Below are positions 1-10,867 of a stretch of DNA of 64,000 nucleotides, one piece after another. The first letter of the stretch is position 1; every line of letters starts with the position of its first letter. Made by a program: the position numbers and the translations under genes. The notes under the pieces are model-generated. The model was not told the DNA's origin and did not search any database. It saw nothing but the letters and a program-made list of their open reading frames with translations. Where the stretch lies: contig JBITNC010000001.1 in the NCBI GenBank assembly GCA_050084985.1, forward strand, positions 139,004,001 to 139,068,000, written 5' to 3'. The stretch comes from Nageia nagi (taxonomy: Eukaryota > Plantae > Pinophyta).

Positions 1-2
1 GG

Positions 3-223
3 GCTCTAATTCATGAATTTGAAATAGGTGATTTGGTTTTAAAAGAAAATCAACAAACTTCACGAATAGAATGACAGCTTAGAGATAAGTTTGCTCTGAA
101 TTGGTTAGGACCATACATCATTAAGAAAAAATTTGGTAGAGAAACTTACATTTAGCAAATTTAGAAGGAAATGAAGAATGTGAACCTATAAACATCATGC
201 ATCTTCGACCTTTCTATACATAA
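3..223 (+). pseudogene. Integrase C-terminus (GPY/F module), one stop and one frameshift
   Basis: Translates as HEFEIGDLVLKENQ..*..DKFALNWLGPYIIKKKFGRETY/LANLEGNEECEPINIMHLRPFYT*, matching Tat/Ogre integrase tails. Confidence 0.9.
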
Positions 224-330
224 AAAAAAATGTGTGTACATTAGTTTTCTTTCATTTTATTTGATTGTTAAAATAATAGATAAATAAAAGTATTAATATT
301 TGTCAAGTGTTAATAATTAAAATAGAAAAA

Positions 331-917
331 ATGAATTTGGCAATGGAATCTGCTGAAGGTAGCATAATGCCACCACAAGTACGATTGCCACCACCGAGAT
401 ATCCAGGTGATTTCGTGTTAACATATTTATGACATACATTTGATCTTAATCTTTTGAATCATTTACAATTGACTATTGATGAGCAATATGAAAGAACATT
501 TAATATGTTTTGTGCTAGGAATAATGATTGGGGAGTCATTTTGTGTGGGATGAAGTAAGCATTATTTTAGATCCACCAATCTTTTTCACCCATATGGAAA
601 GAATATCACAAAGAATAATGGATTTCTGTTTACAATGGCCTTATGGAATACCAAAGATTGTCATAAATTGTCAATTAACTGAGTATTCACTCCTTTTAGC
701 TAGAATGAAATGCATTAAACAATTATTAAAAAGCCTAGAATGGATGGATGAAATCCTACATTATTTACCTCATAAAAGGGTGATTTATGATTTTTCAAAT
801 ACCTTTGTGGCTTGTCCTCCTAGAATGTCACAACAACAATATTATAGGTATATTAACAGATGCTCTCGCATGCAAATGCGACACACAATTTGGGAGCGAA
901 AGTTAGTGAAAAGGTAA
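331..917 (+). pseudogene. Extra 3' ORF A of Ogre/Tat element (~195 aa when repaired), unknown family
   Basis: ATG at 331, TGA at 430-432 (probable CGA>TGA), and a 1-nt frameshift near 530 joins it to track ORF 528..917. Aligns colinearly with ORF B. Confidence 0.7.
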
Positions 918-965
918 GCTTTGCTATTAATGAACTTAAAACGATAAGTCAAATAAAGGTTAGAA

Positions 966-1352
966 ATGAGATCATTGAAAGATTATCAAAAGAAAGTAGA
1001 GTACGGGAATAATGGAAGTTATCTTCCAGGGTTCGAAAATAGGTATGACAAAGATTTGTTTATGAAAGTCATTCGTAACATTCCTACTTCTTTATATTCA
1101 AACATCTTTTCCATGCCTATTGAAATTCAACAAAAACTGGCTTTGACATTTTATAATACACGCGAATCTTACGGTTGGGAGGTCAAAATAAATAGATCTC
1201 AGGTTATTATTTGTATCGACGCATTTGAACTATGGTGTTGTCCTAAATTAGAATATGATCTAATGACATATTTCTATCTCCTATGGCCCACAGAAAAGCC
1301 TAAAATCATAATTGATTGTACTTACAACCGGACTTTAAGATATCGAGAATGA
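966..1352 (+). CDS. Extra 3' ORF B of Ogre/Tat element, 128 aa, intact, paralog of ORF A
   Basis: Intact ATG-TGA ORF. Shares RYxxD, W..V.I..D and FxLxWPxxxPKIxIxC motifs with ORF A. Confidence 0.75.
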   Translation: MRSLKDYQKKVEYGNNGSYLPGFENRYDKDLFMKVIRNIPTSLYSNIFSMPIEIQQKLALTFYNTRESYGWEVKINRSQVIICIDAFELWCCPKLEYDLMTYFYLLWPTEKPKIIIDCTYNRTLRYRE

Positions 1353-1529
1353 ACCATCTTCATCGCCCAAACCGTGACTTTCGAAACATTTATATTATTA
1401 TGTTCTCGAAATTTGTCATAATCAATGATATTAGACTTTAGTTTTTTGTTTAACTCAACATATTGCTCATTTAATCCTTCGATGGTTCAGACTCGATTTG
1501 AACGCATCACAAATAGATTTCCTAGAAAT

Positions 1530-1700
1530 TCATAAAAAAAAAAAAAAATTTAAAAAATTTGAAAAATCATAAAATCCTAAAAAATTTGAAAAAATCATAA
1601 AAATCCTAAATAAAAAATTTCCTAAAAAATTGAAAAAATCATAAAATCCTAAAAAAATTGAAAAATCATAAAATCCTAAAAATTTGAAAATCATAAAACA
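1530..1700 (+). repeat. A-rich ~27-bp minisatellite (aaaaatcataaaatcctaaaaaatttg), ~6 copies
   Basis: Direct inspection. Confidence 0.85.
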
Positions 1701-1757
1701 CCATAATTTATAAATTTTAAAATCTACCTAAGACATCTAGAGGTCACTTGGCAATAG

Positions 1758-1916
1758 GGTGCCCTACCCTTGTATGATGTAAATAATGTTGCATGTCATT
1801 GTAACAATGATTATCCAGTAAATGTGTTATGTATGAGGTGCCCTATCCTTGTATGATGTAAATAAATGTTGCATGTCATCGTAACAGTGATTATCTAGTA
1901 AATGTGTAATGTATGA
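1758..1916 (+). repeat. 79-bp tandem duplication
   Basis: ggtgcccta(c/t)ccttgtatgatgtaaataa...gtatga at 1758 and 1837. Confidence 0.9.
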
Positions 1917-2624
1917 AAAGGTTATCTTAGAATAATCTCCTTGTTATCACTACATTCACTTTATCCTTTCTTTCATAAAGAAATGACATACCCTAGATGA
2001 TAGAAAAACATAAAATTTGTATGTTTGAAGAAAAATCAAAAACTCCAAAACACTTAATACATTAAGGAATTTGAAGAGAATTTGGATGAAATTATTTGAG
2101 AAACATTAAGAGTGAAACATTACATATCTATCTTATTATTCGTTTCCCCCCGAACCCAAGAATCATTTGGTAAAAAAAAAAAAAGGGATATTAAAAAAAA
2201 AATAAATAAATAATTATTCAATGATTCTTGGGTGATTACAATATCCTCTATCAGGGCTATGGATGCTGACTGGCAGTAGAGCAAGGTTGTAGCGGGATCA
2301 AGGTGGTTAAGCAACTTTCTATGGACCTCTGTATGTTTCATATGGATGTATTAGCTCATTAATGTTTCTGAGATAATTCCATGTCAAATGATCTAAGAAG
2401 GGAAATGAATGTCACTACACACACGGAGTTTTAGGTTTTTTGTCAACATATAATAATATTGTCTGATATCATCTTAGGTTGTTAAATCTTGAAATAAAGA
2501 AAGATAAGGTAGATATTATAATAACTTGGTTATTAATTCAAAGGTCACTTAATCTTTTTGTTATAATGAATATCTTTCATATTATATAATTTGTTGGTGT
2601 TTAGGATCATTAGTTTCATTTTGT

Positions 2625-3160
2625 TAGAACCATTTTGCACTATTAGACATCTTACCTTTGAACATTATTAAAATAGCTTTTCTTTGGAAAGGATAAGAAT
2701 GATTCTTTATTGTTCCCCTGACCAAGATAAAGTTAATGTTCATATGCATCCATAAGTCACTAGTGTGTTATGCTAAACCATTTTTCACTATTATCCATTA
2801 CCTTTGAACATTATTAAAATTGCTTTTCTTTGGAAAGGATAAGAATGATTCTTTATTGTTCCCCTGACCAAGATAAAGTTAATGTTCATATACATTCCTA
2901 AAAGTCACCATTGTTTTATGTCAAACCATGTTTTCAAAATACCTATTTCCTTTGAACATTATTAAAATTTTCTTTTCTTTGGTAAGGATAAGAATGATTA
3001 TTTATTGTTCTCCTAACCAAGATAAAGTTAATGTTCATATGTATCCATACATCATTAGTCTCCATTACCTTTGAACATTATTAAAATTTGCTTTTCTTTG
3101 GGAAAGATAAGAATGATTAGTTAATTGTTCTCTTGACTAAGATAAAGTTAATGTTCATAA
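2625..3160 (+). repeat. Four-copy array of ~85-nt stem-loop units with more variable linkers
   Basis: tgaacatta...taatgttca closes hairpins at 2659-2742, 2805-2888, 2953-3037 and 3072-3157. Confidence 0.9.
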
Positions 3161-4326
3161 CATCTAAAGGATTAGTTTACCATGTTAAGTGTTTTATTGT
3201 AAAATTGCCAAGTACAGAAAATGATGCATCTGATTCCGTAAAAATTTAATAAAAATATGTCCTTAAATAATCTTAAAATCTAGAAGATTTAATATTTGAA
3301 AATAAAAATTTAAAATCTAGATATTTTAAAATAATATCTAAAGTCAATATAAAAATTTAAATTCATGTCTTAAATGATGTACTAAAAGATTTATTAAGTT
3401 ATCATTAGCAACTAGGACTATCTAAAAATATCTCGGGAAACCAGATAGCCAAAGCTCCGCAACCCTGTGATAATAATTCTTATCTCTTGACTGATCTGCC
3501 ATGAAAATTGTTTTGTTTTAAAAACCCTTCGCATCATGGATCGTTAAGCGATCATTATGTCGATCTTCAATGATTTAAATCAAATCGATAACGATTGTTG
3601 AGTGGTAACGATTCATAGGTAATCGTTGATGATTTATATTATTTGAAAATGTACAAAATGAAGTATATTTTCTTTAAATATCTTAAAATATATTGTGTAT
3701 AGACAAAACATTAAAAAGCTTCATTCACTAAGGTGAAAGTGAACACATTATAAATCACACTATTTTTCGCCTAGAAGAATGCTCCAATGTCACATGACTG
3801 CCACATACATCGGCACATGGAGGACTAGTATTGAGTAAACTTAATAGGTTAAAATAATTAAAATCATTATTAAAACAAGTCTAAACACAAGAAATTAAGA
3901 TATTCATAGCAAAATATACTATCATAAAGATAGTATTTTTATTATATAAATTCAAGACGATCACTTTACAAATTGTTAACAATAATAAAATATTGTCAAT
4001 GATCCTTGACTAAGTCAAATACGCAAAATAGATCAAACTAAGTTTGAGCTAAAATGGCAAAACAATCACAAGATGTAAGATATCATCTCGAAATCTTATT
4101 GTTAAGACAATGCTATTACAATTCATATATTAAAGAAAACTTATACGGTATAGGTGCGCTTAGACATGTAAAATGATATAGCAAAAATGTCATGCAACTG
4201 TCACATAAGCTTGATACATCATCATACCGAAAATAGTCACTTCCGAAGTCATCAATTTTATCAAACAACAAAGCTTCTCATTATATATTTTTCAAAATTA
4301 TCAACCCTATCTTTGGTTGATAATTC

Positions 4327-4341
4327 AAAAAAGGGGTAAAA
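4327..4341 (+). other. Polypurine tract
   Basis: aaaaaaggggtaaaa immediately 5' of TGTAGAC. Confidence 0.8.
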
Positions 4342-6592
4342 TGTAGACACTCAAAATAAACCCTATCTTTAATTTAATAAATAAATAAATAAAACAAATA
4401 TTTCTTCTAATATATATCACATTAAAATAATTGAGTAATATATGCATTGAGAATAACCTTAACTAAAGTAAATTAAGAACAATCACTGACCTCGTTTCTA
4501 TTTCTGGAATGTCATACTTACCAGTTTCAGCTATTTGATCACTCCCTAATGATGTCATCACTTTCAGAACCTAGTTTCATTCAAAATGTGAACTTCGTTC
4601 TCCCTGTGACATCATCGTCATATTTCCAGAATGTTATACTTACCAGTTATGGCTATTTGATCACTCCCTAATGATGTCATCACTTCTGGAACCCGATTTC
4701 ATTCAAAATGTGAACTTCATTCTCCCTATGACATCATTATCATATTTTTGGAATGTTATACTTACCAGTTCTGGCTATTTGATCACTCCCTAATGATGTC
4801 ATCACTTCCAGAACCTGGTTCATTCAAAACTGTGAACTTCATTCTCCCCATGATGTCATCATCATATTTTCAGAACATTATACTTACCAGTTCTGGCTAT
4901 TTGATCACTCCCTAATGATGTCATCACTTTTGGAACCTAGTTCATTCACAACTATGAACTTCATTCTCCCCATGACATCATCATCATAATTCCAGAACAT
5001 TATACTTACTGGTTCCAGCTATTAGATCACTCCCTGATGATGTCATCACTTTCGGGACCCGGTTCATTCAAAACTGTGAACTTCATTCTCCCTATGACAT
5101 CATCATCATAATTTGGAATGTTATACTTACTGGTTCCAGCTATTTGATCATTCTCTGATTACGTCATCACTTTCGAGACCCAGTTCATTTAAAGCTATGA
5201 ACTTCGTTCTCCTCATGACATCATCGTCATATTTCTAGAATGTTATACTTATTGGTTCCAGCTATTTGATCACTCACTGATGATGTCATCACTTCGAAAC
5301 CCAGTTTCATTCAAAATTGTGAACTTTGTTCTCCCCATGATGTCATCATCATATGTTTGGAATGTCATTCTTATTGGTCCCAGCTATTTGATCACTTCTT
5401 GATGATGTCATCATCTTCGAAACCCAGACCTTTCTACAACTTAGCTTTAACATTTACTTTCAGAATACTTTACTTACCGGCTCTGGCTATTTGATCACTA
5501 CTTGCTGATGTTATCATCTCCAGAACCTGAGCCTTTCCACAACTAAGCTTTATCTTTCTTCTGTGATGCCATCATTTCATTCCAGAATGCTTTATCTACT
5601 GACTCCAGCTTGTTTTGTGTGCTCTAGAAAAATTCCTGAGGATCTTAAAATGAACTCACGATTGCAAGTAAAATTCACTAGGGCTTCAATAAGGGATTTA
5701 AAATTATATTATTGGATCAATCTTTTCGAACATATTTTAAAACAAGTGGTCTTATGATCCTTGTCATTAAAAAATGACCATTAAATGACTATTCTAATGT
5801 TAATATATAATCGCTAAAAAATTGGTGATGATCCATGAACAGTTAAAACAACAAACAAATCTAAGCTTGGAATAGTCTAATACATACAATTTGTAATCAT
5901 GGATACAGATGGAAGATAGCAACACTTCAAAATTTAGGTTGAGAGGTTACCTGGATTCTTGGATGCCAAAACAAATGAATAACAAACTTTGAAACTTATA
6001 AATTGAAGCTTTGTACGTAAACAGGGGGACCCCAATTCTACTGTAGCGAAGCTATGCTAAAATTATATCAGGAGGTTATTAGCAAAAGGTTGTAAGCTTG
6101 ATCCATAGTAAATCTTCTCTTAAGTATATTTTTGTATAATGTTATTCATTGGTTGATTTATATGTGAGAGCAGGTATGCTTTTGATGTGTTGTTCATCTT
6201 CTATGTGCAGGGTCAATATAGGAGAAGAACGACGGAAGTAAGCGCGGAAGAGAACAACAAAGGAATAGATAAAAACACTTCAAAACTCTGTGAAGATTAC
6301 TCCAGTACATATAGAGCTAATTGTCAGTGATTCAAAGATTGGTTAACGGTGATTCACCATATAGATAATGAAGACTGATCATTGTCCATCCACCTGCATT
6401 GATTATTATCAATTTGCAATGATCGCTGTCAAATGTTGATTACAACAGATCAATAAAAACTTGCTTATTTGTATTCAAATACTTTAGATATCATTACTAT
6501 TATCGATGTGTATTGTCGAATATGTTCATGATTAATTATGTTGAATGATTTATCTTTCTAAATTGCATTTTAGGTTCATAATTTGATATACA
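4342..6592 (+). repeat. 3' LTR (~2.25 kb) of the Ogre/Tat element; right end approximate
   Basis: Starts TGTA after the PPT, has TATA-like cttataaatt near 5995 and a probable end ...gatataCA at 6592. The partner LTR is outside the window. Confidence 0.65.
4503..5612 (+). repeat. 122-bp tandem array (~9 copies) inside the LTR
   Basis: The tacttac anchor recurs at 4515, 4637, 4759, 4881, 5003, 5124, 5246, 5368, 5471 and 5593. There are two TGATGTCA/TGACATCA motifs per unit. Confidence 0.95.
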
Positions 6593-6612
6593 CAATAAGT
6601 AGTAAGGTTGTT

Positions 6613-7171
6613 CATTTCCAATCCAACTCACTTGGATCATTTGCCCATTTTGGTAAATTTGCATAGGGTCTATAAAATACATCTCCTACAAAACTAAAAT
6701 TATATATCAAAATCCTTTCTTGATAAGGTAATCAAAACCAAAATTATATATCAAAATCCTTTCTTAGCAAGTTAACCAAAATGAAAAACTAAAAGCTTTT
6801 ATTTTAAATAACTTATAATGCATCAAACCATCCATAACCTTATGGTACACCTCCATACCAAACTTTCTCTTCACCCTCTCTAGTCTCTAGGCATAAATGA
6901 ATGTCTTCCTTATCTACAAGTATTAAGGAATTCATTTCCAATCCAACTCACCTGGGTCATTTGGCCATTTTGGTAAATCTGCATAGGGTCTATAAAATAC
7001 ATATCCTACAAAACCAAAATTATATATCAGAATCCTTTCTTGGTAAGTTAATCAAAAGCAAAATTATATATCAAAATCCTTTCTTATAAAGTTAACCAAA
7101 ACCAAAACTAAAAGATTTTATTGTAAATTTCTTATAATGCATCAAACCATCCATAACTTTATGGGACACCT
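6613..7171 (+). repeat. ~320-bp-period tandem duplication with an internal ~42-bp sub-repeat
   Basis: catttccaatccaactcac...catcaaaccatccataac at 6613 and 6933. Confidence 0.9.
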
Positions 7172-7199
7172 CTAAAATCTTATGATCCCATGTGATCTT

Positions 7200-7950
7200 T
7201 CTTTACCTAACCAACCAATACCACATGGGATGATTAGGAGATATGCTATGAATAGGAAGCTCTCTTGTTTGAACCACTAATATATATTTGTAGTCCTAAC
7301 ATTAAAGCATGAATGAGTGTGCCATCCTCTTCCCACTCTTCTAAACTATAACAAAATTATGTAAATTATGATGGATTTATGCTATGATGTATGGAATCCA
7401 AGCGTACCATATACTTTGAGTCATTTGGTAACTACATGTACCAATCTATGTTGGAATACCTCATGGTTCTTATCTAGCTACACAATAATATCAATTCAAT
7501 TGGACATAATCAACCAAATCCTTATGAACCGCTTCATCTTTCCCTTGAAGATATAATGAAGGTAGGTACTCTTCTTTCCCTCAAGATACTCCTTGATCCT
7601 AATCAACCACTTCATAGTTCCTTTACACTATGCATTAGTCATAACCTCCTCAAAGTAAATGGGATACCCTTTGATGGGAACCCATAGAATCCTATGTAAA
7701 TCCTCAAGAATGATGGTGATCTCATTAGTAGGAAAGTGAAATATGTTAATCCTCTTAGACCACCTCTCCATTAGGGTTGTGCATGATTAATTATCAGCCT
7801 GTACATACATATCATCTAATACATACCCCATAACCACATGTTGTAATATACCAAGCTCATCATCTATCAACTTATCATGCTACACCATGTACTTCTTCCA
7901 ACTTTAACACATGGGCTCAAGTTCCATCAAGAATTGATGATACTATAAGC
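7200..7950 (-). pseudogene. Plant mobile domain (PMD, aminotransferase-like; MAIN/MAIL-related) ORF, decayed
   Basis: Minus strand reads TTLMERWSKRINIFHFPTNEITIILEDLHRILWVPIKGYP (PMD ERW..T.TFH.P.GE.TITLEDV..ILG.P..G motif) and WYAWIPYIIA*IHHNL (YAWG...LA.LY..L). Confidence 0.85.
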
Positions 7951-9296
7951 ATAAAAGATAAATTTATGTGTTCTTCATTTTAGAAATTCATCTAATCATA
8001 ATGAAAAATAAATTATTTTATTATTGTAAGCACACATAAATAGTAACCATATCTGGAACCACATTTTCATCATCTAAAAACCCTTCTACCATGCTAGTGT
8101 CGATACTCATGCCAATGCTCACATTGGGCCTTCTATTATGAGTTTTTTTTGTAATTCAAGGGAAAAATACTTCTACCCTTACTATCACCTAAAAACATAC
8201 TTTCACATCTAAAACTAACCTCCAAGCTAAAAATTGTGGAGGACCTAAGTTTAAAATCCTAGGCCTAGGGTATTCAACCAATTTTACCTATTTTTCCCAA
8301 ATTTAGCAAAAAAATGATAAAGTAATAATTCTAGAAACCTACCACATAAGTGGAAATCTGGTTATGATAGAACAAGTAAACTCAATGGTTTTCTTGATTG
8401 GTAATCTTCATCGTATAAGCAAAACTAGGTCATAATTCTTACTAAAAATACCAAAATTAATCATAATTAATCCTATTCATATGCCAAAGCACTTACCTAA
8501 CAATGCAAACTATGTAAAGCACTCAAGTATTCTTTTCTAGGATCACAACACTTTTCTTGGACTATAGCTAAAATGTGAAATAGTGAATATGAAAATAAAC
8601 CCAATTTGGCATATTTAAAATCTAAATTATGACACATTTAATGAGATAAATGATAGCCACCTTCTACCATAAAACTTATCAAACCATAATTTATCCTCTT
8701 ATATTACCAAGCAAAGTTATTAGCCCAAAATTTGGATGCCAAATTCATTATGGATCTTAGTTTCCATACTAATGTTAGCATCCGCACTATAATTTTTTTA
8801 ACATCTACATCTTTACATTAGAAACCATACACCTAGAAGGTCAACGTGGTTTATAAATTAATAGACTAATATACATATTAGAGAATGAGATTTTTGTAGG
8901 AATGAATAGACATCCAATCAAATAATAATGCTTTCCTCACATATTTATTCTTGGATTCAACTCATTTATCATAGAATTCAACACACTATTAGCCTTTTTT
9001 AGGTATGAAAATATCATTTTTAGATTCATATATCATATTATATAATACAGTTACATTAACACCAACATATAGTCCTTTTCATCTAGCACCAGTGTTGAAG
9101 ATAGCATGAACATTGGGATACAAAGGCATAAATTAGGCTAAATTTACACATACCAACATAGTGAGTAAGATACAGGAAGTATTTATATCCTTGTATACAC
9201 TTGGCATTTAATCATATGCATGATTGGGAAATAAACCAATCATCGAGGAGTCACATTTATTTATTTGATCTTAACTAACCACCACATTTAAATCAC

Positions 9297-9720
9297 ATAT
9301 AATAATGGGGTATGTACCCCATGATGATGATAACATATCATGTCTACATATAATAATGGGGTATGTACCCATGATGATGATAACATATCATGTCTACATA
9401 TAATAATGGGGCATGTACCTCATGATGATGATAACATATCATATCTACATCTAGGAATGGGGCATGTACCACATGACAATGAATGGCATATCAAATTTCA
9501 ATCACCTTTGCTAGTTGGGTTTTAACTAACCTCTATCTTTGAGTCACATTTGTTGGTTGGGTCTTAACTAACCCTCACCATGCTAGTTCTTTCTGATTCA
9601 TATATTGCATCTAGGAATGGGGTATGTACCTCATGATGATGTTAACATATCTAGTTTCGATTGCATGTGTTCCATCTAGGAATGGGGATTGTAACCCATG
9701 ATGATGTGGATAAATCTTTA
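9297..9720. repeat. ~50-bp repeat built on the palindrome ATGGGGTA(C/T)GTACCCCAT, 6 copies
   Basis: Copies at about 9305, 9356, 9406, 9457, 9617 and 9682. Confidence 0.9.
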
Positions 9721-9974
9721 TCATAATTTTGTATATATGCATCCAAGAATAAAATATTGAGTTAATTTTATCCTTACTCCATTTTTCCTATATCATTTAC
9801 AAAGAAATATAATGATGTTTTCTTTTATTATAATTCCTATATCATTTAAGAGTTAATAATCACATATGTGATTAGAAGTGTTTGCCTCTCATTTCAAGGT
9901 TTTATTATTTACTCTTGGTTGATTATAATTCATGCAAGCCATTACATATCACAACTAAGGTAAAGAGGGGGCAA

Positions 9975-10867
9975 TATACATCATCAATCCTTGATAATTC
10001 AGATAGTTCTATAGCTAAACCAAGGATGTATTAAATTTTTCTTCTCTTTACCTTTACTTCCCATGTAAGCATAATTTCATTTCAAGATTCAAGTTTATTA
10101 TACTTACAAAATAATGGCATATGTTGATACTTAAAAGTGGTCCCCTTAATATGGTCCCACATAGGCACAACTTTACATACATGTTTAATCATATATTATT
10201 ATATTTCAATCATATTTTACCTTATTATCACATATTTCTTAGGTTCTATTCTTATTTTTATGTTAGGAATACTATGATAGCTTTTACATTCATCCAAGGG
10301 ATAAAATGGTGATACCATGCTTATTATAAATGTAAATATCTCTAACCTATGGAAAGCAAGTGAAGATTACATCTTGATAATTGCTACCCTACATTTGGGT
10401 ATTTCTAAGTGCCACCTATTGAGATTGGAATCTTGTTATCACTTGAGAAAATATATGTCATACATCTTCATGATCATATGATTTATTTGAATTTTCAATA
10501 TATTTGATGTTATCTATGCTTGTTGGTAAAGCTCATTCTACCAAAACATTAATGCTTGTGCTAAAGTGCACACTTAAGCTGAGTTTATGGAGACTAATGC
10601 TCATAGTGGAATTACTTCTATAGTTGGCCATGGGGTTTAGACAACAAGGTCACCTTGCTTTGATAAGTTCTTCTTACATATCCTCAGTTATAGCATAAGT
10701 AAGGACACACATGTATTTATCCTACACTTTATTATTTTCTCATTAGTGTGTGCATTAATTTTACATCTTATCATCAATGTAATTTGTAATTCTATTATGA
10801 CACTAATATATTGCTATTTCCCATTATTCATCTATGTCTATTTGATTTATTTAGATTATGTACTACA
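9975..10867 (+). repeat. Probable 3' LTR of the older Ogre-like element (ends approximate)
   Basis: Follows the PPT at 9962-9974, starts tataca (decayed tgtaca), has ttataaa near 10324 and ends ...atgtactaca. Confidence 0.5.

Larger units (their letters stand above)
1..6592 (+). mobile_element. 3' half of Ty3/gypsy Ogre/Tat-type LTR retrotransposon (integrase end, extra ORFs, long 3' region, PPT, 3' LTR)
   Basis: Integrase GPY/F tail at 3-223. PPT aaaaaaggggtaaaa is followed by TGTAGAC at 4342. Tandem repeats lie in the 3' region. More CpG is retained than in neighbouring elements, suggesting it is younger. Confidence 0.85.
6600..10867 (+). mobile_element. 3' remnant of an older Ogre-like LTR element (antisense PMD ORF, tandem repeats, PPT, LTR)
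   Basis: PMD on the minus strand, repeats at 9297-9720, PPT aaagagggggcaa at 9962-9974, then LTR-like sequence. Confidence 0.6.

Noticed and set aside
2625-3160. CRISPR-like repeat-spacer appearance
   Set aside because: Repeats are ~85 nt, spacers are homologous to each other, there are no cas genes, and the context is a plant retroelement.
5275-5300. CTGATGA...GAAAC resembling a hammerhead ribozyme core (retrozyme) in the 122-bp array
   Set aside because: The bases between the cores (tgtcatcacttc) cannot form stem II. CTGATGA here derives from the TGACGTCA motif and is absent in most units.
4503-5612. Coding potential of the LTR tandem array on the minus strand
   Set aside because: The unit is 122 bp, not a multiple of three, and contains stops.
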